Shown here: one piece after another, positions 1-8,989 of the stretch
Position numbering within the stretch: position 1 is the first letter of the stretch
How the letters are laid out: each line of letters opens with the position of its first letter
Assembly (NCBI GenBank): GCA_964386145.1
Contig: CAYLSW010000001.1
Location: 1-35,153 of the forward strand
Length of the DNA: 35,153 nt
Reading direction: 5' to 3'
Source: an uncultured Lentimicrobiaceae bacterium
GTDB taxonomy: Bacteria; Bacteroidota; Bacteroidia; Bacteroidales; F082
The notes under the pieces: generated by a model
What the model saw: the letters and a program-made list of their open reading frames with translations, nothing else
What the model was told of the DNA's origin: nothing
Database searches by the model: none
Translations under genes and position numbers: made by a program

Positions 1-271
1 CAGGACACGGATCAAAAATATTTTTCATATCAAAATCGCAACCGCAGTCCAAACATCTGGCTCTGCCTTTAATAACATCAATCTTTTTTTCAGCATGTTC
101 CAAAACAGTTCCGTTTACCGCCAAAGGCCATGCAAAATTAAGCGAATCTATTTCAACGCCGGACAAGGTCCCGATTTCGAGCTCAATAAGTTCTATTTCG
201 GAAATTTGATGCTTAACAGCCTCATTTTTTGCTATATCCACAATCCCCATAGCTATTGATAGTTCGTGCAT
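1..271 (-). CDS. hypA: Hydrogenase maturation nickel metallochaperone HypA (3' end runs off the window edge)
   Basis: Not in the ORF track. Manual translation from ATG at 271 gives MHELSIAMGIVDIAKNEAVKHQISEIELIELEIGTLSGVEIDSLNFAWPLAVNGTVLEHAEKKIDVIKGRARCLDCGCDFDMKNIFDPCP..., with the N-terminal MHE Ni motif, GxLSGV, and CxxC...CP zinc ligands. Confidence 0.95.
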   Translation of the reverse strand, partial: MHELSIAMGIVDIAKNEAVKHQISEIELIELEIGTLSGVEIDSLNFAWPLAVNGTVLEHAEKKIDVIKGRARCLDCGCDFDMKNIFDPCP

Positions 272-357
272 ATCTGATTACATATTTCGAAATAACATCG
301 GATAATATTAAATTAAATAGTTCACACAAAAATAACAAAATTGCAAGACTATTTTAG

Positions 358-615
358 AGGGTTTGTGACGAAATAAAGTGACGGGAATCGACGAAGTAAT
401 TTTGGGGGTTTTCAAGGCAGGGCGGAGCGTTAAAAAATGTTTAGTAAACATTTTTAGCGAACGAGCCAGCTTGCAGGAAAGGGTTGCGAATAACCACTGT
501 TTACCCCGTGAAATAGCAAAGCTAATATTTCACAGGGTGAATTTAAAACTTTTGCAACGAAGAAAAAACACAAAAGAACAAGTCGAAACTGTCAGGTTAT
601 TTTGTTACAATCCCT
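358..615. mobile_element. MITE-like structured miniature element (~258 bp, non-coding)
   Basis: Imperfect terminal inverted repeats AGGGTTTGTGACGAAATAA (358-376) / TTATTTTGTTACAATCCCT (597-615), 16/19 match. Nested internal palindromes include AAAAATGTTTA-G-TAAACATTTTT (~432-455) and CCCCGTGAAATA...TATTTCACAGGG (~504-537). Confidence 0.6.
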
Positions 616-695
616 AAACATTTCGCTTAGCCGCTATTACCATCCGGCAATGTTAGTAAATTGTTTACAAAAAAACAATTTTTTCCATAAAAACT

Positions 696-725
696 TTTGC
701 TTCTCAAAAAACTTTTTTATATTTG
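696..725 (+). promoter_or_regulatory. Bacteroidota housekeeping-sigma promoter for the hydrogenase operon
   Basis: TTTG (696-699), an 18-nt spacer, then TATATTTG (718-725); matches the -33 TTTG / -7 TAnnTTTG consensus and lies ~150 nt upstream of the small subunit gene. Confidence 0.6.
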
Positions 726-872
726 AAAGCGCAATATTAAAGAAATAATCTATATTTATTTACCTCTCAGTGTGTTACGTTTTTTTTGTTGATAATAAAT
801 AACAGAAGTTGTATTTAAAATGAGTTCCGATTACTTAGAATAAGCATATAATAATTTTAAATAAGCATCACT

Positions 873-1997
873 ATGGAAAAAACATTAAAAAGGGAAGAGA
901 CCTATTATGAGAATATCAGAAATAAAGGATATTCACGGAGAGATTTCTTAAAATTTGTTACCTATATGACTGCATTTATGGGGTTGGAGTCAAGTATGGT
1001 GGGGCAGGTTGTAAAGGCAATGGAGACTAAGAAAAGAATCCCGGTGATTTGGGATCACTTTCAGGAATGTACAGGATGTACAGAATCGTTTATCCGATCA
1101 AACCACCCGTTAGTTGCTGATTTAATTTTGGATAAGATATCTTTGGATTATACAGACACGCTGATGGCTGCTTCAGGATTTCAGGCTGAGGAAGCCAAGC
1201 AGCAATCCATGAAAGATAATTACGGTAAATATATCCTGGTGGTTGAAGGAGCAATACCCATGAAAGATGGGGGTGTATATTGTTCAATTGCAGGACGTTC
1301 GGCCATTGATATACTTAAAGCAGATGCTGCCGGAGCTGCTGCTATCCTTACTTTTGGCAGCTGTTCGTCCTGGGGTGGCATTCAGGCAGCCGCACCAAAT
1401 CCTACAGGAGCCGTACCGGTAAGCACTCTTATTAAAGATAAACCGATTATCAAAGTACCAGGATGTCCGCCAATTTCGGAAGTGATGGTAGGCGTTGTGA
1501 TGCATTATGTAACTTATGGAACTTTACCCGCTCTGGATTCCATGGGAAGACCAAAACAGTTTTATGGAAAGCGCGTTCACGACTCTTGTTATAGAAGAGC
1601 CTATTTTGATGCAGGAATGTTTGCTGAAAGTTTTGACAGCGAGGAGGCAAAAAAAGGATATTGCCTGTATAAATTAGGGTGTAGAGGCCCTCTTACCTAC
1701 AATGCTTGTGGATGGATGGAATGGAATAATGGTTTGAGTTATCCCATTAAATCGGGTAACCCCTGCATAGGCTGTAGTGACAACCATTTTTGGGATAATG
1801 ACCCATTCACCAAAAGAGTGGAGAACGTCCCTGGTTTCGGAATAGAATCTACTGCGAATACAGTTGGTAAAATTGTATTGGGCGCAGCTATTGGCGGTAC
1901 GGCAGTGCATGCTGTTGCAGCTAATATTGCCAGGAAAAAAGACCTCCGGTCTAGTACAAAAAAAGGAAAAGTTAATGAAAAAGGTATTAAAGAATAA
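873..1997 (+). CDS. hyaA: [NiFe] uptake hydrogenase small subunit (Tat-exported, C-terminal membrane anchor)
   Basis: Twin-arginine signal SRRDFLK; proximal ligands ECTGC, GSC, PGCPP; distal HDSC...CLYKLGC; medial C...YP...CIGC ([3Fe-4S]-type Pro); hydrophobic C-terminal helix. Confidence 0.95.
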   Translation: MEKTLKREETYYENIRNKGYSRRDFLKFVTYMTAFMGLESSMVGQVVKAMETKKRIPVIWDHFQECTGCTESFIRSNHPLVADLILDKISLDYTDTLMAASGFQAEEAKQQSMKDNYGKYILVVEGAIPMKDGGVYCSIAGRSAIDILKADAAGAAAILTFGSCSSWGGIQAAAPNPTGAVPVSTLIKDKPIIKVPGCPPISEVMVGVVMHYVTYGTLPALDSMGRPKQFYGKRVHDSCYRRAYFDAGMFAESFDSEEAKKGYCLYKLGCRGPLTYNACGWMEWNNGLSYPIKSGNPCIGCSDNHFWDNDPFTKRVENVPGFGIESTANTVGKIVLGAAIGGTAVHAVAANIARKKDLRSSTKKGKVNEKGIKE

Positions 1998-2008
1998 CAT
2001 ATTTTATC

Positions 2009-3748
2009 ATGGCAAAAAGAATAGTAATAGATCCGATAACCAGAATAGAAGGTCATTTGCGTATTGAGGCCGAAATCAAGAACGGCAAAGTAGTAAATGC
2101 CTACAGTTCCTCAACAATGGTCAGAGGGCTGGAGAAAATTGTTGAAGGAAGAGACCCGCGGGATGTGTGGGCATTTACGCAACGTGCTTGTGGCGTATGT
2201 ACGACAGTACATGCCATCGCTTCTCTTCGTGCTGTTGAAAATGCCTTGGGAATAGTTATTCCTCCTAATGCCGAGTTGGCCCGAAACCTGGTACTTGCAA
2301 CTCAGTATATGCAGGACCATGTAGTGCATTTCTATCATTTACACGCACTTGACTGGGTAGATGTTACCAGAGTTTTAGACGCTGATCCGAAAGCAACTTC
2401 TACTCTTGCCCAAAGTATTTCCAAATGGCCAAATAGTTCACCGGGATATTTTTCAGATGTTAAGACGAGAATTAAAAAGTTTATTAACAGTGGGCAGTTG
2501 GGAATTTTTGCAAACGGATATTGGGGAAACCCCGCCATGAAACTACCGCCTGAGGTTAACTTACTGGCTGTAGCACATTATCTTGAAGCACTTGATTGGC
2601 AAAAAGAAATCGTAAAAGTTCATACCATACTTGGCGGGAAAAATCCACATCCACATTTCCAGGTAGGTGGAATGGGTAGCACCATTAGCCTTAATGATGC
2701 AGGAGCCAGCCTGAATACAGATACATTAGATTATATAAGTAAATTATTAAAAGGGGCACATAAATTTGTAAACGAAGTTTATGTACCTGATTTACTGGCC
2801 ATTGCTTCATTCTACAAAAATTGGGGAACCATCGGCGTTTCTAAGTTCCGCAATTATCTTGTTTATGGTGATCTCCCTACGGCTGGTTATAATAATAAGG
2901 CAAGTTTTAAAATGCCTTCGGGTGTTATTTTAGATGGAGATTTAAGCACCGTCCATCCGGTTGACCTGGAAAAGACCGATGAAATTAAGGAATTTGTAAA
3001 TAATTCATGGTACGATTATTCGGTTGGGGATGACAAAGGTTTGTCTCCGTTTAATGGGGAGACAAACATTCATTATACGGGGCCAAAACAACCGTATGAA
3101 CATTTGGACTTTGATAAAAAATACAGTTTTGTAAAAACACCCCGATGGAACGGAAAGCCCATGGAAGTCGGGCCTTTGGCAAGAATGTTAGTCGGGTATG
3201 CAAAAGGAGTTCCCGAATATCAGGAAGTAGTTAATTATACTCTTAAAAAATTAGATATTCCTGCCGGCGCTTTATTCTCTACTTTAGGCAGAACAGCAGC
3301 ACGGGCATTAGAAACCAAATTAGTGGCCGATTGGGCTCTTGAGTTTTATGATCAATTAATCAGAAACATTAAGAACGGAGATACTCAAATGGCAAATATG
3401 AAGAAATGGGAGCCTTCATCCTGGCCTAAAGAAGCCAAAGGAGTCGGTTATCTTGAAGCACCACGGGGGAGCTTAGGTCACTGGATTACTATTAAAGACG
3501 AAAAAACAGCCAAATATCAGATGGTTGTTCCAACTACATGGAATGCATCGCCAAGAGATCCAAAAGGACAAAGGTCTGCTTACGAATCTGCATTAATCGG
3601 AACACCTATTGCCGAGGCTAATAGTCCGTTAGAGATTTTGAGAACCATCCACTCCTTTGATCCGTGTTTGGCTTGTGCGGTCCATTTATATGATGAACAG
3701 GGTAAACATGTCAGCCAAATTCAAATTGGAGGAGCTTGCAGTATTTGA
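2009..3748 (+). CDS. hyaB: [NiFe] uptake hydrogenase large subunit (group 1)
   Basis: DPITRIEGH start; L1 motif RACGVC; HFYHLHALDWVD; EAPRG; L2 motif SFDPCLACAVH followed by a cleavable C-terminal extension. Confidence 0.96.
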   Translation: MAKRIVIDPITRIEGHLRIEAEIKNGKVVNAYSSSTMVRGLEKIVEGRDPRDVWAFTQRACGVCTTVHAIASLRAVENALGIVIPPNAELARNLVLATQYMQDHVVHFYHLHALDWVDVTRVLDADPKATSTLAQSISKWPNSSPGYFSDVKTRIKKFINSGQLGIFANGYWGNPAMKLPPEVNLLAVAHYLEALDWQKEIVKVHTILGGKNPHPHFQVGGMGSTISLNDAGASLNTDTLDYISKLLKGAHKFVNEVYVPDLLAIASFYKNWGTIGVSKFRNYLVYGDLPTAGYNNKASFKMPSGVILDGDLSTVHPVDLEKTDEIKEFVNNSWYDYSVGDDKGLSPFNGETNIHYTGPKQPYEHLDFDKKYSFVKTPRWNGKPMEVGPLARMLVGYAKGVPEYQEVVNYTLKKLDIPAGALFSTLGRTAARALETKLVADWALEFYDQLIRNIKNGDTQMANMKKWEPSSWPKEAKGVGYLEAPRGSLGHWITIKDEKTAKYQMVVPTTWNASPRDPKGQRSAYESALIGTPIAEANSPLEILRTIHSFDPCLACAVHLYDEQGKHVSQIQIGGACSI

Positions 3749-3775
3749 TAAAAAAATTATTTAAATAAATTAAAA

Positions 3776-4543
3776 ATGGCAACGTTAACTCATAATTTCA
3801 AAAGAGTGTATGTCTGGGAAATTCCCGTCAGACTTTTTCACTGGATTACAGTTTTGTCTATTACAATTCTCATAATTACAGGGTTTATCATTGCAGACCC
3901 TCCTGCAATAAGTTCTAGCGCAGAAGCTTTCAATTCCTATTGGTTCGGCTATGTCAGAGCCATTCATATGATTACAGCTTATGTATTGATAGCCGCTGTA
4001 TTAGTAAGAATATATTGGGCATTCGTGGGGAATCAGTTTGCAAATTGGAGGAACTATATTCCCTATACAAAGAAGGGTTTCAAAAATATGCTTTACGTAT
4101 TAAAGGTGGATATCTTTCTCATGCGGGATAAAGAGCATAAGTTATCAAATATTAGTATCGGGCATAACTATTTTGCTTCATTTTCCTATCTTATTATGTT
4201 TTTGATTTTTATTTTTCAGGCTATTACCGGCTTGGCTTTAATGTCGGCTACTTCTGCCTGGTGGTTTCCAAAAATATTTCATTGGATTATCCCACTTATG
4301 GGTGGAGAAATAGCTGTACGGTATTTTCATCATATTCTTATCTGGATTTTTCTCGCTTTTATTGTCATTCATGTTTACTTAGTGTTTTATCATGATTATG
4401 TTGAGGCACGGGGAGAAGCTTCCGCGATGATCAGCGGCTTCAAATTTATCAGATCCGAAAGAATAAAAGAGTCTGAAGAAGAAATTATTGACAAAACGAA
4501 AAAACAAATGTGGGAAGGTGATAAGCCCGGGGAAGATGGCTGA
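3776..4543 (+). CDS. hyaC: Ni/Fe-hydrogenase b-type cytochrome subunit
   Basis: VYVWEIPVRLFHW, heme-ligand His residues (AIH, YFHH, IHVY), four TM helices, SAMISG motif; directly follows the large subunit gene. Confidence 0.93.
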   Translation: MATLTHNFKRVYVWEIPVRLFHWITVLSITILIITGFIIADPPAISSSAEAFNSYWFGYVRAIHMITAYVLIAAVLVRIYWAFVGNQFANWRNYIPYTKKGFKNMLYVLKVDIFLMRDKEHKLSNISIGHNYFASFSYLIMFLIFIFQAITGLALMSATSAWWFPKIFHWIIPLMGGEIAVRYFHHILIWIFLAFIVIHVYLVFYHDYVEARGEASAMISGFKFIRSERIKESEEEIIDKTKKQMWEGDKPGEDG

Positions 4544-4723
4544 CCAGGTATTGGAAAGCTTTGAAGTTCCCTGTTTTCTTAATATTTACGTTAAGAAATT
4601 AGCGCAAAAGTTAGACATAACGTTGGTATGATGTTGGTTAAATGAGTTATGTGAAAGATAAATAACACAGCAAAAAATATTAGATATTTGACAGCAGCTT
4701 ATAACGGCTTAATTATCAGAAAT

Positions 4724-5269
4724 ATGAACAACAAAACCCCGGGCGACGTAGCAGAGTTGCAAAAACTGTTTTATCAAACCCATAACTATCTTGATAGTGA
4801 AAAAAAGGATAAGATTTTGGTTTTAGGGATCGGTAACTATTTGATGGGGGATGAAGGAATTGGCGTACATGCTATCCATGCACTGAGCAAAGCAAAACTT
4901 CCTGCAAATGTTGATATTATAGATGGCGGAACCGGAAGTTTTGATTTAATGCCCATTCTGGCCCAATACCCTTTGGCCATTTTTATTGATGCTACTATGG
5001 ATTTCAGATTGCCGGGAACCATTGATGTGATTTATCCTAAGTTTGCCAAAGATTTTCCAACCGTACTTAGTGCCCACGATGTCGGTTTGAAAGATATGAT
5101 TGACGCATTGGAATTTAAAAACGAACTTCCTGATATCGTACTTATTACCATATCAATAAAAGAGATGAATCCCATGACTATTGAATTAACAGACCCTATA
5201 AAAAAAAGTATTCCTAAAATAGTTGATAAAGTTTTGGATATCTTAGGTAAAATGAAAAGAGAGAAATAG
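4724..5269 (+). CDS. hyaD: Hydrogenase maturation endopeptidase (HyaD/HybD family)
   Basis: LVLGIGNYLMGDEGIG, IDGGT, IDA, SAHD motifs. ATG at 4724 is preferred over the TTG at 4688. Confidence 0.92.
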   Translation: MNNKTPGDVAELQKLFYQTHNYLDSEKKDKILVLGIGNYLMGDEGIGVHAIHALSKAKLPANVDIIDGGTGSFDLMPILAQYPLAIFIDATMDFRLPGTIDVIYPKFAKDFPTVLSAHDVGLKDMIDALEFKNELPDIVLITISIKEMNPMTIELTDPIKKSIPKIVDKVLDILGKMKREK

Positions 5270-5272
5270 TTA

Positions 5273-5425
5273 GTGTCTGCACGAAAACTCTAGTTTTTGA
5301 ATGTGCTTAGTCAGAAAACGTTAAGGTCGAGGCGAACGAAATGTTGGAACACAGGAGTTTACTAAAGTAAATGACTACGTTTCAACATGAGTTCAACGAA
5401 GATATTGGCGTTTTCCGGCAAGCAC
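5273..5425. mobile_element. MITE-like structured miniature element (153 bp) with a 6-bp target-site duplication
   Basis: Flanked by direct repeat TAGTTA (5267-5272 and 5426-5431). Ends GTGTCTGCACGAAAAC / GTTTTCCGGCAAGCAC are imperfect inverted repeats. Internal hairpin ATGTTGGAAC...TTTAC-TAAA-GTAAA...GTTTCAACAT. Confidence 0.7.
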
Positions 5426-5454
5426 TAGTTAGACTAACATCTTAGTTTTTTATC

Positions 5455-5494
5455 AAAAGCTTATTCACTTATAAATGGTGAATAGGCTTTTTTT
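5455..5494 (+). terminator. Intrinsic terminator ending the hydrogenase structural operon
   Basis: AAAAGCTTATTCAC...GTGAATAGGCTTTT stem followed by a T run. Confidence 0.75.
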
Positions 5495-5548
5495 ACCTTA
5501 AAATGTATTATGTTCATCAATATATTTAAGGTATTTTTGAAAAATATT

Positions 5549-7837
5549 ATGAAAAGTTTTCATATACACATTAAAGGTGTTGTTCAGGGAGTAGGCTTTA
5601 GGCCTTTCGTATACAGACACGCGAAAGAGAACAACTTAAAAGGATGGGTAAACAACACAACCGACGGCGTTCATATTCAAATTAATACCGATGCCATTTC
5701 TGCCAACAATTTTTTGCAGGAATTACTCGAACACCTTCCCCCGCTTGCTATCGTTACTTCATTTAATATCCATGAAACGGAGCTGCAGGTTCACAATGGT
5801 TTTGAGATAATTCAAAGCAACAGCAACGCCAGACCAAATCTCTTACTCACACCCGATGTGGCTCTGTGTAAAGATTGTAAGAAAGAATTATATCACCCCG
5901 AAAACAGGCGCTATCTATATCCTTTCATAACCTGTACCAATTGCGGACCACGATACTCCATCATCAAGAAATTGCCCTATGACCGGGTTACCACAACAAT
6001 GGCAACCTTTGAAATGTGTAATGTATGTTGGGAAGAGTACAATAATCCTATGGAAAGGAGGCACTTCTCGCAAACCAATTCCTGCCCCGATTGTGCTATT
6101 GAAATGCAACTTTATGAAAATAATCAATGGACAAAAAATTTTGTAAACCTTGATTATATCGTTGAGAAATGGAAGGAAGGAAAAATAGTCGCCATCAAAG
6201 GAATTGGCGGGTTTCTATTAACATGTGATGCAACCAACCAGAAGGTTGTCAACACCTTACGAAAGCGAAAAAAAAGACCTTTCAAACCATTAGCCCTCAT
6301 GTATCCGAACAGCCTGGCAATTAATGAAGACGCTATTCTGAAAGAGGATGAAAAAAAGGAACTGGAAAGTATTTATGCCCCGATTGTCTTGTTGCCTGTT
6401 CGTTCCCTTTCGGAGAGAAAAAACAATCTAGCAACAGAAGCTATCAACAAAGGACTTTCACGTATTGGTGTCATGCTCCCCTATACGCCACTTTATGACT
6501 TGCTGCTACAAAGGTTTAATCGTCCGATAATTGCAACAAGTGGAAACATCACCGATTCTACAATAATTTACGAAGACGAAAAAGCTATTGGAGAATTGTC
6601 CGGAATAGCTGATGTCATCTTGCTGAATAACAGGGATATTGTTGTACCTCAAGATGATGGTGTTATTCAGTTTAGCGAAAAGAATCGTCAGAAAATTACA
6701 CTGCGACGTTCAAGAGGGAAAGCCCCTATTTATATCAATTCAAAACTCAGACTTCCTGAAAATACCGTTTTTGCTGCCGGTTCGATGCTGAAAAGTGTTT
6801 TTGGCATAATCAGCAGCCAAAATATATATATAAGCCAATATCTCGGAAATACGGAAAGTTTTGATGCACAGCTGAATTATGAAAAAACATTTCGTCATTT
6901 TCAACAGATTTTAGTGGCTGATATAGATACTGTAATTGTTGATAAGCATCCGGATTACTTCTCAACACGCTTTGCCAAAGACGTTGCTGAAAAAAACAAG
7001 GCAAAAGTGGTTGAGTTGCAACATCATGTTGCTCACCTGTATTCAGTTCTCGGCGAGAACAATTTGCTCCATTGTGAGAATAAGATTCTTGGTGTTGTTT
7101 GGGATGGAACCGGCTTGGGAGAGGACGGCAATATTTGGGGTGGAGAATTTTTTGTGTACGACAAGGGCAACGTTGAAAGAGCTTTCCATCTCAATGAATT
7201 TGACCTTATTTTGGGAGATAAGATGGCAAAGGAACCACGAATATCAGCAATAGCTATTGCCGGTGACATTGAAGGCTCGGAAAAATATCTTAAGAGAAAG
7301 TTCACCGATCTTGAGTGGACTATTTATCAAAAGATGCTTGGAAATAAGGAAAACCTGAGATGTACAAGTATGGGACGCCTTTTTGATGCGGTTTCATCAA
7401 TTCTATTAAACTGTGATGTACATCGCTTTGAGGCTGAGGCATCTATGCGGTTGGAAAACCTGGCCTCAAAATATTATTACAACAATAATATGACCCTGGC
7501 CGATACTTATTTGAACGAGGATACTCTTCCTGAAAATTTTGTAAAATATTTGTTTCAGGAAATTATGAATGATCTTGATAATGGCGTCGGGAAAGAAATT
7601 ATCGCAGCAAAGTTCCATATAAGTTTGGTTGGTTATATAACTCATGTCGCTAATATGTTAAATATAGATAAATTAGCCTTTAGCGGAGGTGTTTTCCAAA
7701 ACACCTTATTGGTTGATATGCTGAATGATTTTATGCGTGGAAAATTTGAATTATATTTTCAAAATGAATTTTCGCCCAATGACGAAGGAATTCCTTTTGG
7801 ACAATTAATGTACTTTGCAAGAAATAAAACAAAATAA
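5549..7837 (+). CDS. hypF: Carbamoyltransferase HypF
   Basis: Acylphosphatase domain GVVQGVGFRPFV; zinc fingers CKDC...CTNCGPRY and CNVC...CPDC; KGIGGF; QHHVAH; DGTG; TSMGRLFDAV; PNDEGI. ATG at 5549 is preferred (ORF track starts at 5510). Confidence 0.96.
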   Translation: MKSFHIHIKGVVQGVGFRPFVYRHAKENNLKGWVNNTTDGVHIQINTDAISANNFLQELLEHLPPLAIVTSFNIHETELQVHNGFEIIQSNSNARPNLLLTPDVALCKDCKKELYHPENRRYLYPFITCTNCGPRYSIIKKLPYDRVTTTMATFEMCNVCWEEYNNPMERRHFSQTNSCPDCAIEMQLYENNQWTKNFVNLDYIVEKWKEGKIVAIKGIGGFLLTCDATNQKVVNTLRKRKKRPFKPLALMYPNSLAINEDAILKEDEKKELESIYAPIVLLPVRSLSERKNNLATEAINKGLSRIGVMLPYTPLYDLLLQRFNRPIIATSGNITDSTIIYEDEKAIGELSGIADVILLNNRDIVVPQDDGVIQFSEKNRQKITLRRSRGKAPIYINSKLRLPENTVFAAGSMLKSVFGIISSQNIYISQYLGNTESFDAQLNYEKTFRHFQQILVADIDTVIVDKHPDYFSTRFAKDVAEKNKAKVVELQHHVAHLYSVLGENNLLHCENKILGVVWDGTGLGEDGNIWGGEFFVYDKGNVERAFHLNEFDLILGDKMAKEPRISAIAIAGDIEGSEKYLKRKFTDLEWTIYQKMLGNKENLRCTSMGRLFDAVSSILLNCDVHRFEAEASMRLENLASKYYYNNNMTLADTYLNEDTLPENFVKYLFQEIMNDLDNGVGKEIIAAKFHISLVGYITHVANMLNIDKLAFSGGVFQNTLLVDMLNDFMRGKFELYFQNEFSPNDEGIPFGQLMYFARNKTK

Positions 7838-7873
7838 AGTGTGTGATTTTAAAAACTCTATATCATTTGACAA

Positions 7874-8977
7874 ATGAAATATTTAACAGAATATCGGAAT
7901 CCGGAACTTGCCAAAAAGGTTCTGCACGAGATAGAAAGAACTATTACCAAATCCTGGAACATAATGGAGGTTTGCGGAGGACAGACCCATAGCCTCGTAA
8001 AAAACGGCATACTCAGTGTTTTGCCTAAAAAGATAACCATGTTGCATGGTCCCGGATGTCCGGTTTGTGTAACGCCACTTAATTTGATAGACAAGGCCAT
8101 ATACCTTGCTGAAAAAGATAATGTTATTCTATGTAGCTTTGGCGATATGCTTAGAGTTCCTGGATCAAAAAAGAACTTGTTAGAAGCCAAGGCACAGGGA
8201 GCAGATGTAAGAATTTTGTATTCACCTTTGGAAGCGGTAACCCTGGCCAAACAAAACACTGATAAGGAAGTGGTGTTTTTTGCCGTAGGCTTTGAAACTA
8301 CCGCCCCTGCCAATGCGCTTTCTGTTTTACATGCCGAGAAACTCGGTTTGACAAATTACTCTATCCTCACCTCCCATGTTCTGGTACCACCTGCCATTAC
8401 AGCATTAATGGAAGACCCGGAAAGTCATATTGATGCTTTCCTCGCAGCAGGTCACGTATGCTCCATCATGGGCTATTGGGAATACTTTCCTTTGGTTGAA
8501 AAATACAAAATTCCTATTGTCGTTACCGGTTTTGAGCCGTTAGATTTGTTACAGGGCATATTGATGGTTGTCAAACAATTGGAAGAAGGACGGACGGAAG
8601 TTGAAAATCAATATGTCCGCATGGTGAAAGAAAAAGGCAACACGACTGCCCAGAAGATTATCTCTGATGTATTTGAAGTTGGGGATCAAATGTGGCGTGG
8701 AATAGGAACAATCGGAAAAAGCGGCTTTCATTTGCGGAGGAAATATGCCCGATTCGACGCCGACAAAAAGTTTTCTATCCATATTGAGATGGCTAACGAA
8801 AATGAAGCGTGTATTGCCGGTAATATTATGAAAGGAATCAGTAAACCTTTTGAATGCTCACAATTCGGTAAAAAATGCACCCCCCAAAATCCCCTCGGCG
8901 CACCCATGGTCAGCTCCGAAGGCGCTTGCGCAGCCTATTACAATTTTTCTACAATTTTTAAAACAATGGACCTATAA
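7874..8977 (+). CDS. hypD: Hydrogenase maturation protein HypD
   Basis: MEVCGGQTH, GPGCPVC, GFETT, GHV, and C-terminal Fe-S cysteines with MVSSEGACAA. Confidence 0.96.
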   Translation: MKYLTEYRNPELAKKVLHEIERTITKSWNIMEVCGGQTHSLVKNGILSVLPKKITMLHGPGCPVCVTPLNLIDKAIYLAEKDNVILCSFGDMLRVPGSKKNLLEAKAQGADVRILYSPLEAVTLAKQNTDKEVVFFAVGFETTAPANALSVLHAEKLGLTNYSILTSHVLVPPAITALMEDPESHIDAFLAAGHVCSIMGYWEYFPLVEKYKIPIVVTGFEPLDLLQGILMVVKQLEEGRTEVENQYVRMVKEKGNTTAQKIISDVFEVGDQMWRGIGTIGKSGFHLRRKYARFDADKKFSIHIEMANENEACIAGNIMKGISKPFECSQFGKKCTPQNPLGAPMVSSEGACAAYYNFSTIFKTMDL

Positions 8978-8989
8978 CGAAATAAAGAA

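Noticed and set aside
378-617. 79-aa ORF in the hypA-hyaA intergenic region
   Set aside because: It coincides with the palindromic miniature element, starts with GTG, and has no recognisable protein motifs.
654-670. Rex-like dyad TAGTAAA-TTG-TTTACAA upstream of the hydrogenase promoter
   Set aside because: The spacer is 3 nt rather than the 4 nt of TTGTGAA-N4-TTCACAA, there are several mismatches, and the region is very AT-rich.
3650-3690. Possible [NiFeSe] hydrogenase (selenocysteine)
   Set aside because: The DPC cysteine is encoded by TGT, and there is no in-frame TGA.
358-5425. Composite transposon carrying hyaABCD between the two miniature elements
   Set aside because: The two elements have different termini, element 2 has its own TSD, and there is no shared outer duplication; independent insertions are more parsimonious.
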